64,000 nucleotides of DNA, taken from sequence record MG655267.1. One strand, given 5' to 3'. How positions within the stretch are numbered: the stretch's first letter is position 1; each line of letters starts with the position of its first letter. The notes beneath the pieces were generated by a model. It had not been told where the DNA came from, ran no database searches, and was given only the letters and a program-made list of their open reading frames with translations. Shown here one piece after another: positions 8,451 through 17,335 of the stretch. The position numbers and the translations under genes were made by a program.

Positions 8451-9567
8451 AAAACCTGGCATCGTACGGATCATTCAGACAGGCGATATTCACCTCTGTC
8501 ATAAGCGCACTCCGACTGCGAACATTATCCGTACACTGAACTACATCTTCTATGAAAACGAATCCTTGGCTGAAACTGACCTCATCATCCTTGCCGGGGA
8601 TGTTTGGGATACTCTAGTGACCATGCCTAATGACGATGCGTTATTAGCTCGTCAATGGATTCGTAAGTTTGTCGAAGATTGCGCATATTACAATGTGATC
8701 TTAGATGTGTTAGAAGGCACCCCCGATCATGATTGGGAGCAGTCTTCTGAGTTCACCCTCTTTGAAACCAGTTGTGAAGTGCGCTACATCAAAACCCTGC
8801 AGATTGTGCGTCATGAACGCTTGGATTTAAATATCCTTTATGTGCCCGATGAATGGCGTCCGACCATTGAAGCGATCTGGGAAGATGTGTGTGTGGCGAT
8901 GACTGAAGCGGGACTGGATAAAGTGGATGCCGCGGTGGTGCACGGGGGATTTGATTTTAACTTCCCACCGGAGTACAACATCAAAGGCCACAGCGCTGAG
9001 CGCTTTAGCAGCATTGTCAAACATGCGGTGTTTGCTAACCACATCCACAAAGCCCAGAGCTTTATGAAAGTGCACGGTCCAGGTTCACCGGATCGATTAG
9101 CACAGGGTGAGGAAGGGGACAAAGGTTACCATCGGGTGGTGATTGATCAGAAGACCGATCAGATGCGCATCCAATGGATTAAGAACCCACATGCCTGGAC
9201 CCATATCGCAATCAACGTTGCAGATATGTCGGTTGAGGAGATCGTCGCCAAAGCCAAAGCGATCGCAGCACCACTAAGAGCCGGCAGTTATCTGCGTTTT
9301 GATAACGGTGATCCCTTAGTGGTGAAAGCGGTACTGTGGGCATTGAAAGCAGAAATCCCGCATGTGATCTTGGAATACAAAAACAAGAAGCAAGCAGGGA
9401 TCACACAAACGCACCAAACTTATGCCAAGAAGTTTTCTGGCACCCACATTAACCGCAACAATGCCAAAGAGTCGATCGTCGGCTGGTTGCAGGGTAAAGG
9501 GTTAACGGACGACTCACAGGGTCAGTATTTAAGCGATATCTTACAGCGCGCCATGGCGCTGAAGTAG
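8422..9567 (+). CDS. sbcD: SbcD/Mre11-like metallophosphoesterase nuclease
   Basis: All five metallophosphoesterase motifs are present: GDIH, LAGDVWD, GTPDHD, VHGG, NHIH, then GSPDR. Confidence 0.9.
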   Translation: MTTVITKTTKKPGIVRIIQTGDIHLCHKRTPTANIIRTLNYIFYENESLAETDLIILAGDVWDTLVTMPNDDALLARQWIRKFVEDCAYYNVILDVLEGTPDHDWEQSSEFTLFETSCEVRYIKTLQIVRHERLDLNILYVPDEWRPTIEAIWEDVCVAMTEAGLDKVDAAVVHGGFDFNFPPEYNIKGHSAERFSSIVKHAVFANHIHKAQSFMKVHGPGSPDRLAQGEEGDKGYHRVVIDQKTDQMRIQWIKNPHAWTHIAINVADMSVEEIVAKAKAIAAPLRAGSYLRFDNGDPLVVKAVLWALKAEIPHVILEYKNKKQAGITQTHQTYAKKFSGTHINRNNAKESIVGWLQGKGLTDDSQGQYLSDILQRAMALK

Positions 9568-9577
9568 TGAGGGTGTT

Positions 9578-10378
9578 ATGACTGACAGGACCATGGGGAT
9601 CTTGCCGATGTCAGTCGGCACCTCCCTTTCATTTGAAGCATTAATGGCAAAACCCGTTGAACCGATTGAAACCTTAGTACTGAACATCGGGACCATCTTT
9701 CGTAATGCCTATCAGGCGTATGATACTGATGACCGTGATCGCTTAGGGATTGATAAGTTGCATGACGATGTGATTGCAGACATGTCAGCGATTTATGACA
9801 TCTTAAAAGACATCGGGAAAGCGGGGGTGCCAGATTACAAACTGTATCACGGGCGCTATGAACGGTTAGCTTCCACCTTTCCACTGGCGAAGATCTGGGA
9901 GCCTTCTTCGGATATTCAGAAGACGTACGCACGGCTTGAACGTAACGTCCTGGAGAAGGTAATCAAAACAATGCGGGGGTTAGTGCAAGAGGTGGATCAC
10001 ACCTTACCGATTTCCGTAAAGAATACCTATGTGATGACCCATCACATCGTAGACCTGGTTGTGCCGGCTGGTTACGGTGAGATTACGTTGGTGGAATCCC
10101 ATACAGGCGCCTTGAAGAAGAAGCCGTTATGGCACACTAAACTCACCAACGGGCGTTCGCTTGAACGTATTCCGTTTAACCGACTGACCTTGCAGGTGTT
10201 CGGTGATAACTCTGTGAACTTCAAAGCCAACAGCTTTAAATACAAAGCGGCACTGATGAAGCTTGCAGAGGAGAACAAGTGGACACCCATGGCAACCCGT
10301 GATCGTATCAAGCTTGGCATTGAAACGTTAAAGGACGCGCAGCTGAAAGCGGACTTGTCAAAAATGCTCAGTGTATAA
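9578..10378 (+). CDS. Conserved chimallivirus protein (phiKZ gp66 position), possible FEN/5'-3' exonuclease-like fold
   Basis: LVLNIGTIFRNAY, VMTHHIVDL and LQVFGDNS loosely resemble the N-, I- and H3TH motifs of 5' nucleases. Confidence 0.5.
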   Translation: MTDRTMGILPMSVGTSLSFEALMAKPVEPIETLVLNIGTIFRNAYQAYDTDDRDRLGIDKLHDDVIADMSAIYDILKDIGKAGVPDYKLYHGRYERLASTFPLAKIWEPSSDIQKTYARLERNVLEKVIKTMRGLVQEVDHTLPISVKNTYVMTHHIVDLVVPAGYGEITLVESHTGALKKKPLWHTKLTNGRSLERIPFNRLTLQVFGDNSVNFKANSFKYKAALMKLAEENKWTPMATRDRIKLGIETLKDAQLKADLSKMLSV

Positions 10379-10441
10379 ATCAACATAACTGCTCTAACTT
10401 TATAGAGCAGTATAACTAATTAGTCCTAAAAGGAGCAACAC

Positions 10442-11212
10442 ATGGCTGGTCCACAGCGTCAATTTAAAGCTCGTGAAAAATCTTACTTGAGCGAGTACTC
10501 GATGAACCTTCAGGGCCCAGTGCAAGCTGGCGCTCAGTTCCCTGCTGAATTCCGCATGGCCTTTGCAGCCAACAAAGTGGCCATTCAGGTTGAAACCAAA
10601 AACCGCGATAACAAAAATAACGGTCGCTTTGAAATCGTTGTTCCTTATCTGGGCGCTATCGGTGTGCTGAATACGATCGACAAGCTTATTCAGGACAAAG
10701 CACGCAGTAAGCTGCAATACAAAGTGAAAGACTTCGTTTACTTCGGTAAAGGTAACAAGTCTGACTCACCAATGATCAAAGGCACCCTGACCGTAGGGCG
10801 CGATAACGAAGGTTGTCTCTATATCGGCATGTCCGGTAAAGACATCACCCCAATCAAATTCATCTTCGCCCTGCCGGCGCATGATGAACTGTGCGATGAC
10901 TCAGGTCAGCGTCTGGGTGATGCTGAGCACTCTGAGTTTGCTGCGAAGAACTTCGTGGTCGGTTACCTGGGTCTGCTGCCAGTGGTAATGGGCATTCACT
11001 ATACTCCGCCTGAGCCGAAGAACCCAGATGGTGGTAATGGCGGTGGCGGTGGTCAAGGTGGCGGCGGCTGGGGCGGTAACGGTGGCGGAAATCGTGGCGG
11101 TGGTAATGGCGGGGGAAACCAGTACAACCAAGGCGGCAATCAGGGCGGCGGGAACGCCTCTGGTTCTGGTAGCAGCGGTGGCGGTGACTTCGCAGATGAC
11201 CTGCCTTTCTAA
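10442..11212 (+). CDS. chmC: Phage-nucleus-associated nucleic-acid-binding protein ChmC (phiKZ gp67-like)
   Basis: A globular N-domain is followed by a Gly/Asn-rich disordered tail ending DFADDLPF. The gene sits just upstream of the gp68-like and PicA genes. Confidence 0.75.
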   Translation: MAGPQRQFKAREKSYLSEYSMNLQGPVQAGAQFPAEFRMAFAANKVAIQVETKNRDNKNNGRFEIVVPYLGAIGVLNTIDKLIQDKARSKLQYKVKDFVYFGKGNKSDSPMIKGTLTVGRDNEGCLYIGMSGKDITPIKFIFALPAHDELCDDSGQRLGDAEHSEFAAKNFVVGYLGLLPVVMGIHYTPPEPKNPDGGNGGGGGQGGGGWGGNGGGNRGGGNGGGNQYNQGGNQGGGNASGSGSSGGGDFADDLPF

Positions 11213-11265
11213 ATAGACAGGACGATGAATTCAGCATAAGTCATTGTCTGGGTTCATCCACAACA

Positions 11266-11295
11266 GAGGAGGGTTTTCACCCTCCTCTTGTGCCG
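11266..11295 (+). terminator. Hairpin + TTGTGCCG gene-end element
   Basis: gaggaggg-ttttca-ccctcctc then ttgtgccg. The stem arms are identical to those at 4789. Confidence 0.65.
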
Positions 11296-11613
11296 TCCAC
11301 GGACTGGGCTATAGCTCACGCTTACTCCCCAGGGTATGGGCGATTCAAACGCCGACATTTCAGGAAGAATACGCGCAAGCGACCCCCACGGCCATGTAAG
11401 AATAAAAGTAAGTTGATGAAGGTGGCTCAGAGTAAGTTGGGTTATGCGATCATGACAGGCAGGGTAATCAGGCAGGCGGTATGTGATGAGTGTGAGGCGG
11501 ATGAACGTATCGAGCCTTTGCAAGTCAATTATGCTAAGCCGTATATCGTGCTGTGGCTTTGTCCACGTTGTCATGCTGACTGGTACCTGACAAATGAGCC
11601 GGCGTACAGCTGA
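11290..11613 (+). CDS. Degenerate HNH-like zinc-finger protein (start uncertain)
   Basis: CDEC...NYAKPYIVLWLCPRCH matches the phage CxxC..HHxDYSKPLxVxWLCxxCH family, but LQ replaces the HH. Confidence 0.55.
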   Translation: MPSTDWAIAHAYSPGYGRFKRRHFRKNTRKRPPRPCKNKSKLMKVAQSKLGYAIMTGRVIRQAVCDECEADERIEPLQVNYAKPYIVLWLCPRCHADWYLTNEPAYS

Positions 11614-11650
11614 GGGTTTCGGCCCTCCTTTATGATACCAAGAGGTGACA

Positions 11651-12043
11651 ATGTTTGAAGAACCGACACATGTTCGTTATGCATTGGTAACCCGCCCTCA
11701 ACACGACGAGAAAGTTATTTTGACACCCTGTGATAATCTGATCGAAGCGGTACACAAACAAGACCGCTACGATTCGATTGCTTCTGTGGTGATCTGTGAT
11801 GACTTCAAAGCGCAGGCGGTGGATGTCCGGTTACACTTTATCACGGGTCCGGATGACTCGGCGTACCGTACAAAGGAAATGTTACTGGCTTCTTTTATAC
11901 GCCAGAACAATGGCTGGATTCCCCGTCATGTTACGGGCTGTATGATAGACGCTTTTGATGACGAGACCCTTACCTTCATCCAAAGCCTACTATCTTTCTT
12001 TGATTCACACAGAACCAATTTCGCTCGTTCGCTTGCTTCGTAA
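11651..12043 (+). CDS. Hypothetical protein
   Basis: About 130 aa, RBS gaggtg. Confidence 0.65.
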   Translation: MFEEPTHVRYALVTRPQHDEKVILTPCDNLIEAVHKQDRYDSIASVVICDDFKAQAVDVRLHFITGPDDSAYRTKEMLLASFIRQNNGWIPRHVTGCMIDAFDDETLTFIQSLLSFFDSHRTNFARSLAS

Positions 12044-12148
12044 TTTTTATTGCTGGATGCGGTAAACCCGCTCCAGCCCTTATGCCGCCTGTAATATCGT
12101 ACATTATTCTACTATCTATTAGAGGAACAAATAATCTTAAATATTTAC

Positions 12149-12162
12149 AAGCCTACATTATC
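12149..12162 (+). promoter_or_regulatory. Putative phage promoter, AA(G/A)CCTAYATTAT motif
   Basis: aagcctacattatc. Near-identical motifs at 17290 and 36056, all in intergenic DNA upstream of a start codon. Confidence 0.5.
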
Positions 12163-12220
12163 AACATGTCATAGCAGTATGTGATTTAACCTACCGTGTG
12201 ATCACCGGGAGCAGCCACCA

Positions 12221-13765
12221 ATGATGTTTAAGTACACCACCAAATCGACCTCTGAGAAGGTATGGTTAAACACAATCATAGTTGTCAGTCGTCATGGCGA
12301 AGAGATTGTGTTTAACGAAAACAACTTCTTCAAGTCGGAAGAGAAGGACCACAAAGGAACCTTCGACGAACTGAATCTCTATCTCTTGCGTTGCCTGAGT
12401 AACGAGCAACGTGATCGGATGTTTGAGTTCTATAAGCAAATCAGTTATATCCTGAAAACGGAACTGTCGGTCACTAAGGTCCTTCTGCCAAAGTTGCAGC
12501 CTTTGGTTAAAGGGATCTACGACCTGGTTAGCTTAAGTGACCTGAACGTCTTCATGTATGAAAACAAACTGACGCACATCCCGAACAGCGTACTGGATAC
12601 CATCCCGTCCTCGAAAGAGTACCCGACGATGACCACGTATGTGAAAGCGGATTACGTCAAGCTGGTTAACTTGTCGGTGTTGTTGCATCTGATGGCACCG
12701 ATCATTGCGGACTATGTCAGCAAGGTCAGTGAGTCAACCGGCAAGCAGTTTAAAGAACACGCCGCCTTACCGTTACTGGAATACACCAACATCATGTATT
12801 CTGATGAGATGGTCAAGCTGCGTAACTTCGTGACCGCCAACTGCAGTAAAAAGCCAGTGCCGTTATCAGCCACCTTAGAAGGGATGTCAGAAGAGTCGTT
12901 CCCGGATTGGATGCTGGCGTCGGTCATTGCACGTAAGTTGTGTATCAACCATGTACGGCGTGGGGATGAGAACGGGCACCTGGTTGCTGCGGTGTTTGCG
13001 TACATCAACTACAACATCAAACTGGATGGTAAGTTTGGTGGCGGAGTCATGCCAAAGAAAGAGCGTCGGGGTCTGGGAGAAGATGAGCGCGAGAAAGCGG
13101 TCATTGATAACTGGAAGATGAAAGAGGATGTGGACAAGATCGATATCTTAGCCTGTGCTGTTGGCTTTGATGATCCGGTTGCTGCTGCCAAATTCATTGA
13201 GCCTGACATCGATCCAAACATGGTGATCCGTTGCCTGAATGCGATTCCACAAGCCTGGAACTTCAGCATGACTCGTCATCAGAGCATTCTGTTGCAGTGG
13301 GTAGTGGGTGAGCTTCTGCCGCATATCGGTGATACGTATGTGCCGCCGTTGACAGTTGAGTATTACGATTACGATGTCTGTGTGAAGTTGGTCGGGATTG
13401 CACAAGCGGTACTGTGGCATCGGGGTTATCCGAAGCTTGCAGTGTTTGCTGCGACTTATCCGTCTGAAGTGGATGCCGGCGGGATGCCGAATGCCGTGAT
13501 GCCATTAGAACTGAAAGTGATGGCAGAGCTGGAAGCGTATTACGGTAATGTGCGTCTGGGTAAACGTCAGGACAGCAGCGATGGCTTGGTGCATAAAACC
13601 ATCAACACCATGGTTACCTCATTGTTAGAAGATGATTATCAGGTCGTAGGCCCTGATGAATTGTTAGCGTTATCTGGGGTGGTAGATTTCGAACGTCGAA
13701 TCGTCATTCCTGAAAGCCTATATTACGATATTGCTGGCTACATTCGTTTCTTAGCCACTCGTTAA
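12221..13765 (+). CDS. nvRNAP promoter-specificity (sigma-like) subunit, phiKZ gp68-like
   Basis: 514 aa between chmC and picA. Size and synteny match gp68. Confidence 0.7.
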   Translation: MMFKYTTKSTSEKVWLNTIIVVSRHGEEIVFNENNFFKSEEKDHKGTFDELNLYLLRCLSNEQRDRMFEFYKQISYILKTELSVTKVLLPKLQPLVKGIYDLVSLSDLNVFMYENKLTHIPNSVLDTIPSSKEYPTMTTYVKADYVKLVNLSVLLHLMAPIIADYVSKVSESTGKQFKEHAALPLLEYTNIMYSDEMVKLRNFVTANCSKKPVPLSATLEGMSEESFPDWMLASVIARKLCINHVRRGDENGHLVAAVFAYINYNIKLDGKFGGGVMPKKERRGLGEDEREKAVIDNWKMKEDVDKIDILACAVGFDDPVAAAKFIEPDIDPNMVIRCLNAIPQAWNFSMTRHQSILLQWVVGELLPHIGDTYVPPLTVEYYDYDVCVKLVGIAQAVLWHRGYPKLAVFAATYPSEVDAGGMPNAVMPLELKVMAELEAYYGNVRLGKRQDSSDGLVHKTINTMVTSLLEDDYQVVGPDELLALSGVVDFERRIVIPESLYYDIAGYIRFLATR

Positions 13766-13800
13766 CTTAATTTAATCTACACCGTTAGGAGTCACCCAAG

Positions 13801-15318
13801 ATGTTACCTACCCAAAACATTCAGTTCGAAGGCTATGTTGAGAAAGCTGCTATCTGCCGTACACCAGCTTATCAGGACATGTACCGTCGACCGTACAGCA
13901 TGAATATCAGTCAGGACACCGCATCCGTTATTGGTAACATGAGTGCCGGTGTGGATTATTCTCGTGAGCGTTTAGCGCCGATTGCCGCATCGGTCATTGC
14001 GCCACAGACTTACGTTGAATCGGTTTGTAACGTACCAGAAGGCTGGGGTTCTGAGCGTTGTCTCTTCATCCTGAAGATCGTTCACGGTCGTCCGGGTGAC
14101 CAGGGTCTGAACAAACGTGTGCAGTATCTGACCGGCTACACCAGTCACATGGGCATGATGCCAAGTCAGATGCGTGCGAATGATGTTGTTGTTGATGACA
14201 ACATGCGTCTGTTCTTTAACACCAGTATGCTGTTTAACGAAACCAGCCATATCGATGGCTATGGTCGTAAGCTCGTCACCGCCATGCCGTTGATGGCAAG
14301 TCAGTTGGTAATGGGTCAGCACGGTGGGGTGCACGGTCATAACGATCGTACGTTGCGTCCTGAAGATGTTTACTCGGCAATCAATGTCGGGCAGCTGATT
14401 CAGCAGAACAACCAGTATGATCAAAGCCGTGGCACCAATGGTCCGATTGGTCAGCTGTATGATGGTCGTACTGCTTTCCAACCTGGTCAGCCGTATAAGC
14501 TTTCTCAGCTGAATAACCTGGTGCCTTCAAACTACCTCAGTAAAGTGCTGACCGGTGCAGCCACCGAACAGCTGACCTTAGGTGGTCAACGTGCAAACCC
14601 AGCGGATACCAGCAATCAGATCGCAACTGGCCTGAACGAAGGTTATCTGTCTAACGACCTGACCCTGCAGCACATCCTGGATCGCACCGGTCTGCGTGAA
14701 AACTGCTCAATCACATTTGGTGAATTGCGTCGTATTCTGCCGAACATTGATGCACCGGGTATTTTGACCAAAGCGGGTATGGAAGGTGTCGGTACTGGTC
14801 AGGTTGCCGGTGCAGTAGGTGGTGCTGGTTCTGAACATCATCAGGGTTCGAACTATGAAACCGTGATTGCCAACATGCTAAACAATGTGACCACTGCACT
14901 GATGATGGATCTGATGATCGGTGAGATTCATTGTAATGGCGGTAACATGACCGTAGCCGATGTGGCGACTGGTACAATGAGCGGTCAGTTCCTGTTGAAC
15001 ACGCCGTACGCAACTTCCTTCGTGGATGGTCGTGATGCGGTGGCGTTGTGTGAATCGTTTAAGCTGCGTCTGGTGCGTGAGTTCCTGTCAAGCTTTACCG
15101 GCCACAACCACGTGCCAATCGGTTTTGCAATCCATGCAAGTCTGATGGCCGAAACGGTTATTGATGTCTCTTACAATAACCAACCGAAGATTCGTTTCGT
15201 GTTCCCGGTCTTTGCGAACGCGTCATATACCCCGATTATCACTGGTGATCAGAACACTCTGAACTCCATTGCCGTACACACACGTGAACTGGTCCAGCAG
15301 CTGACCAACGTCTTTTAA
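13801..15318 (+). CDS. picA: Phage nuclear import factor PicA/Imp1 (phiKZ gp69-like)
   Basis: 505 aa. The N-terminal YQDMYRRPY, GWGSERCLF and YLTGYT motifs match my recollection of gp69. Synteny agrees. Confidence 0.75.
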   Translation: MLPTQNIQFEGYVEKAAICRTPAYQDMYRRPYSMNISQDTASVIGNMSAGVDYSRERLAPIAASVIAPQTYVESVCNVPEGWGSERCLFILKIVHGRPGDQGLNKRVQYLTGYTSHMGMMPSQMRANDVVVDDNMRLFFNTSMLFNETSHIDGYGRKLVTAMPLMASQLVMGQHGGVHGHNDRTLRPEDVYSAINVGQLIQQNNQYDQSRGTNGPIGQLYDGRTAFQPGQPYKLSQLNNLVPSNYLSKVLTGAATEQLTLGGQRANPADTSNQIATGLNEGYLSNDLTLQHILDRTGLRENCSITFGELRRILPNIDAPGILTKAGMEGVGTGQVAGAVGGAGSEHHQGSNYETVIANMLNNVTTALMMDLMIGEIHCNGGNMTVADVATGTMSGQFLLNTPYATSFVDGRDAVALCESFKLRLVREFLSSFTGHNHVPIGFAIHASLMAETVIDVSYNNQPKIRFVFPVFANASYTPIITGDQNTLNSIAVHTRELVQQLTNVF

Positions 15319-15332
15319 GGAAAAGATAAACC

Positions 15333-16877
15333 ATGACAACTCCACTTATTAACTATTACACGGGCTTCCTGGAATCGACGGGCGCTGTGATTGATCAGTC
15401 CACCGGTGTGGTGAGCTATGAACGTTCCACCGGTTTAAAGCCGGTGTTAATCGATGGCAAAGAGCTGATCCTGCCCATCCGTGCGTTTCAGGATAAGCCG
15501 GACTGGACGCGTTATGTGCCATTCCATCCGCTGTCTGAATCGATTGCTCGTGGTGAATCGGAAGTGCTGCAGAAAGCCAAAGAGCTTATCAGTCTGAAGC
15601 TGTTCCTGAAATATGCGGAACTGTCTGAAGCGCTGCTGATGCTGGCAGTGAACTCTGAATCGCAGGCGAAGCTCACCCCTACCCAGATGAAGTTCCTGGA
15701 AGGGCTGGGTGATGCGGATGAGAAAACGGTTGAGAACTTCTCAAAGATCCTGGCGAAATCCAAAGCGACCTTTGAAGGTGGTGAGAACCGTTGTCTGGTG
15801 TCGTTGTTCCTGAAACGTGGCGGTACACTCAACGGGCAGAAGTTTGCCCGTCTGTGTGTTGTAGCGTTCCCGTACTACGAAGCGCTGTGTAAGATCGAAA
15901 ACGAACCTGCGGATAAGCGCGTGGTGTTTGGTGTGCCATTGCGTGCCAAAGACATCAAAGTGCTGAAGCGTCTGCATGAAGTGATCGTACCGAACAGCGA
16001 TGACGGGATCTACTCGATCGGGACTAACGTACAGACTGCGCCGTACTGGGGTGCATTGATGATGACTTACGTCAACATCCTGAACCAGTTCAACAGCGTA
16101 ATCAAACCGTTCTCGAAAGTGATCAAATCGCTGAAGGCGGTTGATACCTCGTGGGATGTGGGCGATGAGTTGCAGCAGTTCCGTGCTGAGATTCCACCGA
16201 TGCCGTATAATGAAGGTGCAGATTCCAGCAAGCCAGCTGAAACAACCCAGCCCCTGCAGACCCAACAGCAGCCTGTTGCGACGCAGCCACAAACCATCCC
16301 ACAGCCAACCGGTAATCTGGTACAGCAGCCAGCAACCATCCAGCAAGCGCCGAGCTTTAACGGTAATCAGAACCAATCCAACACGGTCACTCATCCGCCA
16401 GCTCACAACGTTAAACCATCTAACGGTGGCGGTGTGAACTTCGCTGATGCGATGAACAAGTCGGGCATGGGGATGATGCCACAAATGCAGATGCCAGGGA
16501 TGATGCCGCAGATGTATCCTCAGCAGGGCTACCCACAGCAGCAGATGCCAATGTATCCGCAACAGCAAATGTATCCTCAGATGCAGATGCAAATGCCGAT
16601 GCAGCAGCTTCCAATGCCACCGGTCTCTCAGCCACAGGGTCAGCAGCAATTCCCGCAGCAGATGTATTATCAAAATGGTCAGTTGCCAATGCCGCCGGTT
16701 AGCCAGCAGCAACAGCAAGGTTACCCACAACAGGGCATGTATCCTCAGCAGCAGATGATGCAGCCTCAAATGTACCCACAGATGCAAATGCCTGGCATGA
16801 TGCCACAAATGCAGATGCCAGGGATGATGCAACAGGGTTACCCGCAACAGCCACAGATGTTCCAGTTCGGGCGTTAA
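15333..16877 (+). CDS. Conserved chimallivirus protein (phiKZ gp70-like) with Q/M/P/Y prion-like C-terminal domain
   Basis: The folded N-domain has FHPLSESIARGESEV. The last ~210 aa are low complexity. Confidence 0.75.
   Translation: MTTPLINYYTGFLESTGAVIDQSTGVVSYERSTGLKPVLIDGKELILPIRAFQDKPDWTRYVPFHPLSESIARGESEVLQKAKELISLKLFLKYAELSEALLMLAVNSESQAKLTPTQMKFLEGLGDADEKTVENFSKILAKSKATFEGGENRCLVSLFLKRGGTLNGQKFARLCVVAFPYYEALCKIENEPADKRVVFGVPLRAKDIKVLKRLHEVIVPNSDDGIYSIGTNVQTAPYWGALMMTYVNILNQFNSVIKPFSKVIKSLKAVDTSWDVGDELQQFRAEIPPMPYNEGADSSKPAETTQPLQTQQQPVATQPQTIPQPTGNLVQQPATIQQAPSFNGNQNQSNTVTHPPAHNVKPSNGGGVNFADAMNKSGMGMMPQMQMPGMMPQMYPQQGYPQQQMPMYPQQQMYPQMQMQMPMQQLPMPPVSQPQGQQQFPQQMYYQNGQLPMPPVSQQQQQGYPQQGMYPQQQMMQPQMYPQMQMPGMMPQMQMPGMMQQGYPQQPQMFQFGR
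16473..16830 (+). repeat. 34-bp direct repeat within the low-complexity domain
   Basis: atgatgccacaaatgcagatgccagggatgatgc occurs at 16473-16506 and 16797-16830 (MMPQMQMPGMM). Confidence 0.85.
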
Positions 16878-16891
16878 TCTATAAATCTGAT

Positions 16892-16925
16892 CGGCATAAG
16901 GAGAGGCTACGGCCTCTCCTCTTTC
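16892..16925. terminator. Bidirectional hairpin between convergent genes
   Basis: cggcataa (TTATGCCG on the minus strand), then ggagaggc-tacg-gcctctcc, then tctttc. Confidence 0.7.
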
Positions 16926-16929
16926 AGAG

Positions 16930-17265
16930 TCATTTTTTATTTGAGTTGTAGAGATCTCTAATAGATGACAGAAGTGAACTGTTTTCATCTATTAGAAGAA
17001 TGTCCGTTGTAATGACATCCCATTTAAAGGGATTCATGATGTTGTTGATTCGCATAGTTAACCAATGCATGTGATAAGGAACGCCGTATTCCAGTAGTAG
17101 CATGCGAAAGTCACCACGTTCTTCGTACTGTTCAAGAGGGGTAGGGGGAGTAAACTTAGTTGCATTCGCCCGAAGCAAATCGAGATGATGCACCAGGACC
17201 TGACGAAAGCCGTGATCTTGAAACAGCTTATCGGTCGGGTGTTTGATTTCGTTGCTGACTCGCAT
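16930..17265 (-). CDS. Small conserved protein, possible T4 gp53/LysM-like baseplate wedge protein
   Basis: 111 aa on the minus strand. HWLTMRINNIMNPFKW resembles the gp53 YW.I...N.I.NP..W motif. Confidence 0.55.
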   Translation of the reverse strand: MRVSNEIKHPTDKLFQDHGFRQVLVHHLDLLRANATKFTPPTPLEQYEERGDFRMLLLEYGVPYHMHWLTMRINNIMNPFKWDVITTDILLIDENSSLLSSIRDLYNSNKK

Positions 17266-17289
17266 ATGCGTAAATACCTATACTTGTTT

Positions 17290-17303
17290 AAGCCTATATT
17301 ATC
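17290..17303 (+). promoter_or_regulatory. Putative phage promoter for the nvRNAP beta/beta' operon
   Basis: aagcctatattatc in the 70-bp divergent intergenic gap. Confidence 0.5.
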
Positions 17304-17335
17304 TCTTGGCAGTTAGGTTGATAAAAGGAATCATA

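Noticed and set aside
11214-11258. Possible pseudoknot in the chmC 3' UTR (tagacag/ttgtctg and gatgaat/gttcatc)
   Set aside because: The stems are only 7 bp with G-U pairs and the third loop is 1 nt, which is sterically poor. This could arise by chance.
15741-16988. 415-aa minus-strand ORF rich in His/Leu/Trp
   Set aside because: Antisense shadow of the CAG/ATG-rich low-complexity region of 15333-16877. It has no RBS and no protein-like composition.
17243-17335. N-terminal extension of the nvRNAP beta-C ORF given by the ORF track
   Set aside because: It overlaps the divergent gene and the promoter region. The RBS supports ATG 17336.
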